Of a stretch of DNA of 64,000 nt, positions 38,505 through 50,300 are shown piece by piece (position 1 is the stretch's first letter; each line of letters begins with the position of its first letter). Position numbers and translations under genes: made by a program. Under the pieces are notes generated by a model. It was not told the DNA's origin. It searched no databases and saw only the letters and a program-made list of their open reading frames with translations. The stretch is from the NCBI GenBank assembly GCA_013265495.1, contig MU058065.1, forward strand, positions 2,519,003 through 2,583,002, given 5' to 3'. The DNA is from Vicugna vicugna (lineage: Eukaryota).

Positions 38505-41299
38505 ATCTCACATGTACTTTCACATCACTCTGCCTGCAGCATACCTTTCCTTCTTCAATGTACAATTAGTTAGATGACTCAACTTGTACACTATTCTGGA
38601 CCAAAAAATCCAAGAAAAAATTGAGTATGATGTGGAATACAGACACAGTGGCTGGATTTGGGAGAGAAGTTTTAGATTTAGGAGACTATTTTTAGCTCTC
38701 TACTTCATATTATATATGCACATGTCCTACCTCCAGAACTGATATATTCATTTCATCAAAACAGCACTCTGAAATCCATGCAAAGGCTTAGTGAACTGTG
38801 AAAGTCATCTGGCAAGTTACTTGGACACAAAATGCTAAACTTAACTGTAAAGATGCTAAACTTTGTTCTTAAAGACCCTCCTACATCACCCTGGGCATGT
38901 TCTTAAAAGGAGGGGTAGGAGTGTGTAGTTGGGTTGTTTCCCAACAGAAAATATCCTTATTGAAATATTTGCATGCAAATACTGAAAACATTGATTCACA
39001 AAACAATTATGCCAGGATCTGAAAGAGTGAGACATCCAGTGTTGTTTTAAGCAAAGTAATTAACTTCTAGTGCACAAACTTTGTTCTCCCAAAACCCACT
39101 GAAGGAGCAGATGCTCAAATATGCATGGTATTAGATTAAGAGAATGGTACTTTCTTTTCCTCCAAACACCAGATGGTTCCAGAATCCAAAGGCAATGAAG
39201 AAGGAAGCCTAAATTTATTTGGTTTAAGTGGTTCTCAAGATCATATTTAGTACCTAGTAGACAAATGCAAAAATAATTCCACAGTTGATCCTAATTTCAC
39301 AAAGAAAAGAGGCACAGTGTTCAAGGGTTAGACAGATCCTTAAATGTTATCTAATCCATCTAGAGCCACCAGTACTGTGGTGCCTTGATAAGAACAAAAA
39401 AACTATGAAAAATGCACAACTACTGGAATTAAAAACAGCTCATTTTTCTTTACATGCCATAAAATTTTAACTCAAATACTAAGAAAATGTTCTACAAAAT
39501 AAGCGAAAGAGTAGAAAAGCATAGAGTGCTCCTATAGTGAAAGAAAATTTTTCTTAAAAAAAAAAATCTAAGCATAATTTGCTAGCAGTGCCTGAAGCTC
39601 AAACAAATAAAGGCAGTTCATTTGCATAAGGACACTTTGAGAGGATTAAAACATTACAAAATGGAGCGTGTGAAGCTTTGACAGTAGGAATGAGAAAATG
39701 TTACCTTATTTCAACACAATACATATTCAACCAGCCATTGTCAAAGGCCTCCTAGAATCTAATGAATTTTGTCTGGAAAACTGGTTAGCTATAGTATTAA
39801 GTATACCAAGTTTCAAATTTGTATGTTTCCTGAACAGCAATTTGACAGACTCTGCTTTCATAAGGGAAGAAGAAAGATATTTCACTTTTTCTTTGATAGT
39901 GATTTTTAAAAAAATTCATATTATGCTAGGAAGGAACACTTATTAATAAAGAAATGGTACTATAATGAAAAGAAAGGCATTTAAGTAAATTCTGGAAGCA
40001 ACACATGAGGGAAGTAAAAAGTAACGAGGGAATATAAAGAAGAAAAATAAAAAGAAGGGAAGAGAGGAAAACAGGTGAGGAATGAGTAATGAAAAGTACC
40101 CCAGGCTTTTAGGGGCTGGGGGCAGACAGTGCAGATTATCCTCATCCTCCCATGGATAATAGGGAATGCAGGTCACACATGCTGCAGACTGGACTCCTCC
40201 ATAGAAGTCTTGTCTTCCAAGGGAAAGAAGGATGGGGAAGGAAGTTAGAGACAGGAAAGAAGAAGATGAGAGAAAGAAGAGAAAGAAGACATATTGAGCT
40301 TCTGGATCTTAATTGCTTTCATGTAAATTGAAATAAAATGAGAAGTGCAATGAAGTGGAAGAGAGAGACTTTTCAAATTGAAGGTTTACTAAGGTAGAAG
40401 ATTGCATGTACAAATGACAGGAAAATCAAAGTCTGGTGTAAATGAAATACGAAATTGAGTAACAAAGGACAAAATGACTAAGATTTAAGAAAATCTAATC
40501 ATAAAAAGAAATTAGTTCAGTCTAATTACTTACATTTAAATTGTGAACAATTAGCTTGATCTTAACAGCACCATAGTGAGGAGGCAAGATAATTTAGTAA
40601 AAACCATTGTAATACACAGTACATAATTATTTTGAAAATGTCCAAGATACAGAGCTTTGTTTTTTGGAGGCAATGACATAGCTGACAATTCAGACCTAAC
40701 AGAAAATTAAAATTTTGTAAGGAACACTTAACAGGATCTTATCTCAGGCTTAATGATAAAAAGATTTACAGGTTATCTTTAATGTATTACACATGCTCTG
40801 AAGGATTTCACATCAATAAAAAGTTTACTTTCTCTATGTATATTGCATTTTAACTTCTCTAGATAGGTTTCTATTAGAGAAAATAGTTTCTTTTAGAACA
40901 AATAATTACTGGCAAAAATTTAATGGCTTCTAGAGATATATTAAATATAACTCATTGAAAAATCCATAAATCATAGGCAGCAGAATCGAATCTTCCAAAT
41001 TCAATAACTACTCTCTTATTTGGAAGACATTATAATATGCCCCATAGCATCAAGGAAATGATCTAATGTTGACTCTTATTTTCTATCTTTGCTGTCCTAG
41101 ATAGGAGTCTGGATCTATGCCATCTGGGAAGTGACCAGGAAAAGCAATTGTGGCAAACTCCGAGGATTTTTGTAGAAGTGACTACATTCTAGACTTGGAA
41201 CTTTAATGATTGGATCCATGCCATAGTCATTTCTGTATTCCTGTTACCTAGCAGAGTGCCTAAATCATAGTCTTTATTATGGAAATACCTTTGTAAACA

Positions 41300-41500
41300 A
41301 CTAGATTTAAATCCTACCTCTACCAATTATGAGTGAGGACACAGTGGCTCCTTTAGTTATTTCTGAGTTTCAGTTTCTTCATCTGCAACATGGAGATAAA
41401 AGTAGCTATCTATTATAGCTGTCACGAGGAATAAATTAGGCTGCTGAAGCTCCAAGTACAGTGCTTGGAGCATAGTGGAATTCAGTAAATGATAGGTGTT
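41300..41500 (+). mobile_element. MIR SINE
   Basis: ttctgagtttcagtttcttcatctgcaacatggagataa...acagtgcttggagcatagt. Confidence 0.8.
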
Positions 41501-42459
41501 TATCATAGAATCCTATAAAAGGCAGGAATTCAGTCACTCACATGTGGCTCTTTGCTCTCCCACCCAGTGGCTGCCTCCTGACATCTTACTTTTACTTGGA
41601 GCTTTTGAATGAGGTTTTATTTGGAGTTTGGATGATTGAAGACATTCTCAGGAAAGAGGTTGACTTTGGGGCCTTGGAAGAACAATAGCTTCTACTTCTT
41701 GCCTTGAAAAAGTCCTTGAACTTGAAAAGGTTCCATTCCATATATGTAAAATTAGCTTGGTCATGAGTGACTTCCTTGAGGGTTTATGAGACTTAGGCTG
41801 AGCCAATTCAACCCTTTAAAAGTAATCTTGTGGGATTTTCTGAGGCTGTGTTGGTACTGGTTAGTTCAACTGACCACATAGAACTACTGGGAAGCAAATT
41901 AGGTTAAACTCAGAGTGGCCTATCTTTGGCCAGATTTAAGAAAATGTCATCATGTGTGTAAAGCTAACAAAGATATGGGCTGATTTAATTGAGGTGGTGC
42001 TTGAGAAATGGGATTTGTTAACTCAAGTCTCTTCAGCTTAGCACTTAACCTTGCTCTAAAAACCCATTATGAGGCATAAATAGATTAGATAAACTGGCCA
42101 TAGGATTCCAATCTGAGCCTGGATGAGTTCCATGTCAATCCATAAATGATAGTCTATCAGTCATTAGGAATCAAATATTTTCACCAGGAGAACAAAGAGG
42201 GAGGATCACTTTTTCCAAGATTGTTTTTTTCCCCTAATATTTTAAACTATTTCTGTATCCTTGAGGAGTTCAAAAGTATTGTGGTTTATGTAGCATAGTT
42301 AGAAATTCTTTTGTAAAAATGAGAAATCCCAGCTCAGGCTTCTTTTCCCAGGAATTCCACCCTCTTCCTCAAATTTCTAGATTGAACAAGGTGTCTCTCC
42401 GCAATGCTCCCAAAACACTGGTAGCTGACCTCTTTCTTAGGGCTTTCCAATTTATATCA

Positions 42460-42550
42460 ATGAATCTATGTATGTATATGTATGACTGAAACATTATGCT
42501 GTACACCAGAAATTGACACATGGTAAACTGACTATACTTCAATAAAAAAA
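42460..42550 (+). mobile_element. About 90-bp LINE-1 3' terminus inserted in an L2 relic
   Basis: tatgactgaaacattatgctgtacaccagaaattgacaca...ctatacttcaataaaaaaa. Confidence 0.85.
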
Positions 42551-42611
42551 TCAAGATCAAAATAATCTGTCTGTCATCCCCACTAGACCAAAGTATCCTC
42601 AAAAGAGAAAA

Positions 42612-42663
42612 AAATATATATATATAAAATATATAAAAACATATATATTTTATATATATATAT
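42612..42663. repeat. (TA)n-rich simple repeat
   Basis: aatatatatatataaaatatataaaaacatatatattttatatatatatat. Confidence 0.85.
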
Positions 42664-43778
42664 CTCATCTTGTATCTAACATTTAGTAGGCATTACAACT
42701 TAATGGAAAAACCAGTGGCTGATTATCCATTTAACAGAGGCATAAGGGATCTCTTATATAGCAAGATTCTTTTGCATGCTTAAAATATATTTCAAAACAC
42801 ATAGTTTTCAGAAAATCATGTCTTTAATAAAATGAAGTTAAGATTTAGACATATAAATTATTAAAATAAATAATAAGGTTACCTGGTAAAGCATAGCAAT
42901 AATTATGAATTACAAGTCTGAAAGGTTGGAAGTTAACTACTATATTATTCCCTGGATTGGTTATATTTATAGAAGGTGTTCAATTCATCTGATTCAACTG
43001 TAGAAGGAAAATATTTACAGTATAACTTCTTTTCAGTTACAAATGAACTACAATTACATATGTATCACACTGTTTTTTTCTTATTGAAAGTATTTTCATT
43101 AACACTTAAATTCTGAGCTTCCCTTTTTGAGATCAGATGTTGTGAAAGGTACCAACAAATTTGTATAGAATTATCAATTACTAGACATGAGATCTTAGAA
43201 ATTCTCACTTCAAAATTATATTGAAGCGCTAAAGCAAAAATCCAACTCGTTAGAATGTTTAAGTTGACTCATATAAAAGAGAGATAACTTTTTTTTTCGA
43301 ATACATAAGGTTTTTAAAACAAAGCTGCTTGCGGTAATGATATGAAATATGACTTTACATATTCATAATGTGTCTTCTTTTCCTCTCGGAGCATACTGAG
43401 GAATGGTAACGTAATTTCTTTGTGGACAGTGAAGGAAAAAAATGTCCTGCCTTAAAACTTTCTTATAATGATGACAGCAACAGTGACAGCAACAGGAAAA
43501 CCTTTTCACAAGATGTTAGAACAGAGATGAGATTTAATTGCAGTTAGCCATGTCTAACTGACAGATTTCTTTCTTTCTAAAGGAAATTGTGCAAAGCATT
43601 TGATTTCAAGCCTCAAAGATTTTGATAAAAGGAAAAAAGAGAACTGCAGTTTTTGCTACAAAAAGACAGGTGGCGTAAGCATGCAACTTTTTTTTTTTTT
43701 TAAATACATAAAGTGATTATTTTCTCTCGGGTTCTTTGAAAAAATCTCGCTTGTGCTCGGGTTTGTGGCTGAGCCCGG

Positions 43779-43786
43779 TGACGTCA
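43779..43786 (+). promoter_or_regulatory. cAMP response element (CRE) of the SCG2 promoter
   Basis: Perfect palindrome TGACGTCA about 35 bp upstream of the TATA box. A proximal CRE is the established main element of granin promoters. Confidence 0.92.
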
Positions 43787-43820
43787 GTGTGGCAGTGCGG
43801 AGTCAGGCGCGGCGGCTCCC

Positions 43821-43826
43821 TATAAG
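43821..43826 (+). promoter_or_regulatory. TATA box of SCG2
   Basis: TATAAG in a small CpG-rich patch (about 43725-43880), downstream of the CRE and about 100 bp upstream of a splice donor. Confidence 0.85.
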
Positions 43827-43830
43827 CCGA

Positions 43831-43850
43831 GGAGCTGTCCGGGTGCTGAA
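43831..43850 (-). promoter_or_regulatory. RE1/NRSE-like REST site, spacer one base shorter than canonical
   Basis: Minus strand reads TTCAGCACC-C-GGACAG-CTCC versus consensus TTCAGCACC-nn-GGACAG-CGCC. Confidence 0.75.
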
Positions 43851-43922
43851 ACCGTCCGACCAGCTCACGCAGCGGACCAGGAGGAACATGCTGTGGACCT
43901 TCTCTGCCATATAAAAAAAGAG
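43849..43922 (+). other. SCG2: SCG2 exon 1 (5' UTR; start approximate)
   Basis: Starts about 25-30 bp after TATA and ends at donor AAGAG|GTAGGA. Fits the known two-exon structure of SCG2. Confidence 0.8.
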
Positions 43923-46900
43923 GTAGGACTGCTTTTCTCTTCAATTTGCTGGAAAGTTCTAATTTGCGTGTTCTCTCCTTAATTCCTAACTAAGAAGAAA
44001 AAGACCATTTGACAAGCTTATATCTATAGAAAAATTGAACAGCAACCTGCTGCTCATCGGCCAATGTAATGACACTATATATGTGTACATATATATATGA
44101 TTGAATCTATAATTTATACCACTTGTTGTTGGGTATTTACTAACCACAATGTTATTTAGACAGTCATATGTAAGAAGCGTGAAAAAGTTATGCATTTTTG
44201 TGTTAATATATTATTAATGTAAAGTTAACCAAGCCTGATATTTTGTTTCTTTCCTTAATTTGTTGTTTCTTCCCCCAAAAACTAAATACAAGGCCAGGGA
44301 TGCAATTTATATGCTTAATATTTTTACAGTAGGTTTCCAATGATTCAAAAGCTGTTAAACATGTTAGTTATAGAGGCAACCAATTTTGGAATTAGTTTTT
44401 TTTTTTCCCTTTGACATTTACCTTGCAAGAGCTCAAATTTAAATAAATATATAGAATTATTTTCACAGCTGGTATACTATGAAAAGGCTTCCATTATTTT
44501 TTCTAATTTTAGCCCTAGGAAAGTTAGATTCAAAAGAGCTTTTCCATTTATTCAGTGTGAAATATTATCTTGGTTATAGGTTGGATATCACAATGAATTA
44601 CAGAGAGATCATAATTTGGAATACATGAGGAAAACATTCATAGCTGTATAAACTACCATTATTATTATGCTTTGATTGAAAGAGATTGTATAATATTTTG
44701 CTAAGTATTTTGAATGGGACAAGTGTTTCTTTTTTCTGTATCCTAACTAGTTGAATTGCTCAAATTTGATATATCCAGCTTCATTTGTCACTGCTCTAGT
44801 CTAATTTCAATAGAAAAGACATTTTAAATCTTGAGGCTTTAGTTCAAACCCAAACAGGACATTAGAGCTGTTGAAACCATCTTCACGACTTAAGAGCGGC
44901 TACCTGGGAAAGAAATCCCCTGAGTCTTACTCAAAGGCAATAACTATGTCATCCAAACTGAATCTGAATAAATGACAAATGATAGTGCTTGTTAGGCTGT
45001 GGTTTAAATAGCTGCATTGAATATTCTGCCCTGACTCCACAGCAAAGCCCACCAACACGATAATGATTTTAAAGACCAACCCATATATTAAGACTACTTC
45101 AGGATAACGATTTCAAAGGAAATAGGTTCACTAAGATTCTTAAAATTACTATTTCAAATGCCAATGTTGAAAATTGATCAACAAACCTAATCTTGAAGTA
45201 ACATAAAGAAGAATGCATAATGTAATTTTACTTAAACCTAAGAATTTATGAATAAAATTCTCTCTAGTAAACACTGACTCATAGCAAATATTTTAGAAGT
45301 TTTCTCTGACATGCCTTTAAAGATTTTGTCTTCAGTAAACTAAGTCATCAAGTTAATGGTGATATTTTAAGTAAATATGTGTATTTAATAGCTAATTTTA
45401 ATAAATAAATCTATGCTAATAAATTTCTGTAAGTACAACCATTTTTACATTATAAAAACTGAAAACATTACTTAAATGCAAATATGATTTAGTGAACAGT
45501 GATACTTTTTACAATTGATGTCTAAGCTAACAGGTAATTGTACCCACATAGCTTATATATCCAAAATCATTATTCAGGTAAGATATCATTTAACATAGTT
45601 ATAAAATTCCTTTATATTTATTTTATTTGTAATAAAAACTGCAAGCATTAAGATAGATTTTTTTTAATGTTAGCAATGCCAAATGTAAAACACATGAAAA
45701 CTAATCCTCTTGCTAATTCATACGTGAGACTGTCAGGCTTTGGAGAAAAAAAAAATGAATGAAGATTTTTAAGTAGGAAGAATTCAACACATTGTCTGTA
45801 TTTATCTAAATTGGGAGTTACATAGTGGTTATTTTAAGATTTTTCTAACAGTGTGAGTCATTTAAGATTTCATAGGTCCACACCAAAATAGACATAGACC
45901 TAAGTCAAGCTGAATCTGAACACTCACAAGTTCAGAAATAGACTGGTAAAGAAAACTTATGTTCTCTCTGTAGCATCTGTTATCATTTACCATACACTCT
46001 TGAGGGCTGATAAAAAATATAATCATGACTGCATTTATATGGCAGTCACAATAAAATTACTAGAAGAAATATGAAGCACAGATATTTTAAAACAGTTTAT
46101 ATTTAGTATGTTTACACAAAAATAAACTTCATCGGATATCATGGATTTTTTTTGTGACTCTGGCTATTATCCTTGTATATCCTGACAGTACATGTGTGTC
46201 ATCACATGTCAGTCAAGACGAGTGATTATGAAATGCCAGACTTCCAAATTAAATGTTTTGGAATTCAATGTATAAAGAAATACTTCTTTGGGGGTATTAA
46301 AAAAAAAAAAACTTCATTGGGTTTGCCTACTAACTGGGACCTGGGGAGACCCATATTCTGGAAGTTATTAAGGTATAGATCTTCCATAATGAATAGCTGG
46401 ATTTGGTGTCAGATTGAGAGCAAGTTATTTCTGAAAATGTATGTGAATGGGACTCATCCACAAGATAATTCAGGATGATTTACATTTACATGGTATATCA
46501 TTCATCATATAAAATCAGGTCATTGCTGCTGTGTTTCTACAACAAAATTAGATGGACAATTCCAGAACTAAATCACATGTTTTTTGATATGGAGATAGCT
46601 GTGTGTGTGTGTATGTGTACATGACATGTTTCAAATTAAGCCAACTAATTTTTTTTTGCCAGTGACTGATAGGAATGCTATACAAGATAACTAAAACTCA
46701 TTTTGAAAAGCCTTTATTAAACAGAAAACAATGTATACTAAAAAGCAAAGAGTATATTTTATTAATTAAAAAATAAAACTTGAGAAACCTCATATCAGTG
46801 TTTTTGCTATTATTTTAACCAAGAGAATACCACACAAATTTGATGCAAAAGAGTAACAATTTTGCTAAAGATTCATGTGGTTAGCTTGTGGAGATTGTGT

Positions 46901-47054
46901 AGAAAATCTTTGTAGATTTTAAAAAGTCATTCTAAACTAATGTGAAATAATCTCTGCTATGTTTTTTTCCTTCTCAATGGTCAATTACTTTTTTTTTGTT
47001 ATGCATCTACCAGTCTGTTTCATTTGTGTTAACTCATGCTTTCTATGCTTTAAG
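43923..47054 (+). other. SCG2: SCG2 intron 1 (3132 bp, GT-AG)
   Basis: Donor GTAGGA at 43923. Pyrimidine-rich acceptor ...gctttctatgctttaAG|ggaatctttcaaacATG, leaving 14 nt of UTR in exon 2. Confidence 0.85.
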
Positions 47055-47068
47055 GGAATCTTTCAAAC

Positions 47069-48928
47069 ATGGCAGAAACTAAGACTCACTGGCTTGGAGC
47101 AGCCCTGTCTCTCATCCCTTTAATTTTCCTCCTCTCTGTGGCCGAAGCAGCTTCATTTCAGAGAAACCAGCTGCTTCAGAAGGAACCAGATCTCAGATTA
47201 GAAAATGTCCAAAAGTTTCCCAGTCCTGAAATGATCAGGGCTTTGGAGTACATAGAAAAGCTCCGACAACAAGCTCACAAAGAAGAAAGCAACCCAGACT
47301 ACAATTCCTACCAAGGTGTCTCTGTTCCCCTTCAGCAAAAAGAAAATGGTGATGAAAGTCACTTGCCAGAAATTTCAAGGGATTCCCTGAGTGAGGATGA
47401 GTGGATGAAGATAATACTTGAAGCTTTGAGACAGGCTGAAAATGAGCCCCAGTCTGTACCAAAAGAAAATAAACCCTATGCCTTGAATGCAGAGAAGAAC
47501 TTTCCAGTGGATGTGCCTGATGATTACGAGACTCAACAGTGGCCAGAGAGAAAGCTCAAGCACATGCGATTCACTCCAATGTATGAAGAGAATTCCAGGG
47601 ACAACCCCTTTAAGCGCACAAATGAAATAGTGGAGGAACAATATACTCCTCAAAGTCTCGCTACTTTGGAATCTGTCTTCCAAGAGCTTGGGAAGCTGAC
47701 GGGACCAAACAACCAGAAGCGTGAGAGAGTTGATGAGGAGCAAAAACTTTACTCAGACGATGAAGATGATATCTACAAGGCCAATAACATTGCCTATGAA
47801 GATGTGGTTGGGGGAGAAGATTGGAACCCAGTAGAAGAAAAAATAGAGAGTCAAACCCAGGAAGAGGTAAGAGACAGCAAAGAGAATGTAGAAAAAAATG
47901 AACAAATCAATGACGAAATGAAGCGTTCAGGGCAGTTGGGTCTCCAGGATGACGATCTTCGAAAAGACAGTAAAGACCAACTCTCAGATGATGTCTCCAA
48001 AGTAATTGCCTATCTGAAAAGGTTAGTGAATGCTGCAGGCAGTGGGAGGTCACAGAATGGGCAAAGCAGAGAAAGAGCAGCCAGGCTCTTTGAGAAGCCA
48101 CTTGATGCTCAGTCTATTTATCAGCTGATTGAAATCTCAAGGAATTTACAGATACCCCCTGAAGACTTAATTGACATGCTCAAAACTGGAGAGAAGCCAA
48201 ATGGATCAGCAGAACCAGAGCAGGATCTTGAAATTCCTGCTGACCTAGATGACATCTCTGACATTGACTTAGACCATCCAGATCTGTTCCAAAATAAGAT
48301 CCTCTCCAAGAATGGCTACCCCAAAACACCTGGTCGTGGTGGGACAGAGTCCTTACCAGATGGGCTCAGTGTTGAGGACATTTTAAATGTTTTAGGGATG
48401 GAAAATGCAGCAAATCAAAAGCCTCCATACTTTCCCAATCAGTACAACCGAGAGAAGGTTCTGCCAAGACTCCCCTACGGTCCTGGAAGATCTAGAGCCA
48501 GCCAACTTCCCAAAGCTGTCTGGATGCCAGATGTTGAAAACAGGCAAATGACATATGAAAACCTGAATGACAAGGATCAGGAATTAGGAGAGTACTTGGC
48601 CAGGATGCTAGTTAAATACCCTGAGATCATGAATTCAAACCAAGTGAAGCGAGTTCCCAGCCAAGGCTCATCAGAGGATGACTTACAGGAAGAGAACCAA
48701 ATCGAGCAGGTCATCAAAGAGCATTTGAATCAACATGGGTCTCAGGAGACTGACAAACTGGCCTCAGTAAGCAAAAGGCTCCCTGTGGGGCCCCCGAAGA
48801 GTGATGATTCTCCAAACAGACAGTACTTGGATGAAGATCTGTTAATGAAAGTGCTGGAATACCTCAACCAAGAAAAGGCAGAAAAGGGAAGGGAGCACAT
48901 TGCTAAGAGAGCCATGGAAAACATGTAA
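47069..48928 (+). CDS. SCG2: Secretogranin II (chromogranin C) precursor, 619 aa, entire CDS in exon 2
   Basis: Only long ORF in the window. Hydrophobic signal peptide ([27 protein letters not shown]), acidic granin composition, secretoneurin [33 protein letters not shown] between KR sites, C-terminal KR-AMENM, strong Kozak context aaacATGG. Confidence 0.99.
   Translation: MAETKTHWLGAALSLIPLIFLLSVAEAASFQRNQLLQKEPDLRLENVQKFPSPEMIRALEYIEKLRQQAHKEESNPDYNSYQGVSVPLQQKENGDESHLPEISRDSLSEDEWMKIILEALRQAENEPQSVPKENKPYALNAEKNFPVDVPDDYETQQWPERKLKHMRFTPMYEENSRDNPFKRTNEIVEEQYTPQSLATLESVFQELGKLTGPNNQKRERVDEEQKLYSDDEDDIYKANNIAYEDVVGGEDWNPVEEKIESQTQEEVRDSKENVEKNEQINDEMKRSGQLGLQDDDLRKDSKDQLSDDVSKVIAYLKRLVNAAGSGRSQNGQSRERAARLFEKPLDAQSIYQLIEISRNLQIPPEDLIDMLKTGEKPNGSAEPEQDLEIPADLDDISDIDLDHPDLFQNKILSKNGYPKTPGRGGTESLPDGLSVEDILNVLGMENAANQKPPYFPNQYNREKVLPRLPYGPGRSRASQLPKAVWMPDVENRQMTYENLNDKDQELGEYLARMLVKYPEIMNSNQVKRVPSQGSSEDDLQEENQIEQVIKEHLNQHGSQETDKLASVSKRLPVGPPKSDDSPNRQYLDEDLLMKVLEYLNQEKAEKGREHIAKRAMENM
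47618..47716 (+). other. SCG2: Secretoneurin-coding segment (33 aa)
   Basis: [33 protein letters not shown], flanked by AAG CGC (KR) and AAG CGT (KR). Confidence 0.97.
47723..47920 (+). other. SCG2: EM66 peptide-coding segment (66 aa)
   Basis: [10 protein letters not shown]...EQINDEM, exactly 66 residues between two KR sites. Confidence 0.93.
48653..48772 (+). other. SCG2: Manserin-coding segment (40 aa)
   Basis: [10 protein letters not shown]...KLASVS, 40 residues between two KR sites. Confidence 0.9.
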
Positions 48929-49430
48929 GCAGCGTTCGCTAACTGCCCTGCTTTCACTCCTCCCACCCAAGCAAACCCTAACATTTCTCTTTAGTGTGCT
49001 GACCTCTATCTTGTTAACACTGTAATACCTTTAAATGATGCACAGGCAGATGATTCCATTTCACTGGGGTGTCTGCTTCACTTACTCTGAGCTCTTCTCT
49101 TGTGTACGGATATGTGTAAATGTTATGACTCCTGAATAAAAATATAATCATATGTCTTATTTAAGAAAGATATCTATGATAGTGTTTGATAGTGTTTAAT
49201 AACGTGTCCAATGGCTGTGGCATTGCTGATGCTCACATATGATAAAGAGTGTCCTATAATTCTCTTGAAAGTTTTTAATATTTATTGAATTATTTTGTTA
49301 CTGTCTGTAGTGTTTTGTGGAGTACTGGAGCAAAAAAAAATAAAGCATTATAAATATATAGTTTTATTTACAAGGCCTTTTCTATTGTGTGTTTTATTGT
49401 TGATTAATAAATGTTATTTCTGGACAACTG
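48929..49430 (+). other. SCG2: SCG2 3' UTR (end approximate)
   Basis: AT-rich sequence after the TAA stop, with AATAAA at 49135, 49339 and 49406. Confidence 0.7.
49406..49411 (+). terminator. Probable distal polyadenylation signal of SCG2
   Basis: AATAAA preceded by U-rich sequence and followed by a GT-rich stretch (tgtgggttatt). Confidence 0.6.
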
Positions 49431-50084
49431 TGGGTTATTCATTCTGGATAACCAGAGACAATGACTATGGGGCAAGCAGTATGGAGCCAAAAGAGAAAAT
49501 TGTTGCAATTGTTACCTTCCACGGTCAATCCAGGTGAGAAATAATGAATTTTAAATATATGATCATATTATATGTTTGTAGAATGCAACATCCTCCAACA
49601 GCTCACAACTTAATGCTTGCCTATCATTTTTCTCATATATGTGACTATGGAATAAGCCTTTTGGTGTCATTTGTACATTTTATCCTTGATTTATATAAAT
49701 AAAAACATTTAAGTCTTCCATAACTAGCACTGAAAAAAAAAAAGGATTGTGTACAGAGCAATCAGAAATGACTACAGACTTGGAAGCAACTGACCTATTC
49801 TCAAGTCACCTGGTCCCCAAAAGACAAGGCTGATACTCCTCTGTATGGTTTGAGAGGGGCTGAAGGACCCCAGACTGACTGTTAGATAAGTGAATGGCTC
49901 AGGCACAGTGGGAATGCCTCGGCTGCTCTCTTTCTTGTCCGTGTGCTGGAGAGAATCCCGGGTGGGCATCACTTCAGGGGTGGGTGATGTCAGCATCCTA
50001 ACATGTCGGCAGGGAACCAACAACAGCAGCGGCAAGAACATACATAGAGCAACAAAACAAAGGTGGCCGTGAAAAAACAAAGAA

Positions 50085-50300
50085 TTAACTAATAGCGTCT
50101 ATTTATTAATGTTTATTGTGTACCAGGCCCTACACTAAACACTTTACCTCATTTAGTCTGTACTGTATCACTTTCAAGGGTCTCTTATTAGCCCCCTTTT
50201 GCATAAGAGTAAGTAAAACTCAGGAGGATTAAATAACTTCCCCCAAGTCATCCAGCATTATGAATTGCCAAAGCCTGTGTTCTTAACCACTTCACTGCCC
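50085..50300 (-). mobile_element. MIR SINE
   Basis: ttattagccccctttt...ctcaggaggattaaataacttcccccaagtca. Confidence 0.7.

Noticed and set aside
43300..43778. Serum response element (CArG box) in the promoter
   Set aside because: I found no CC(A/T)6GG match in this interval.
47235..48984. Antisense ORFs overlapping the SCG2 CDS
   Set aside because: Short shadow frames of the real coding sequence with no independent support.
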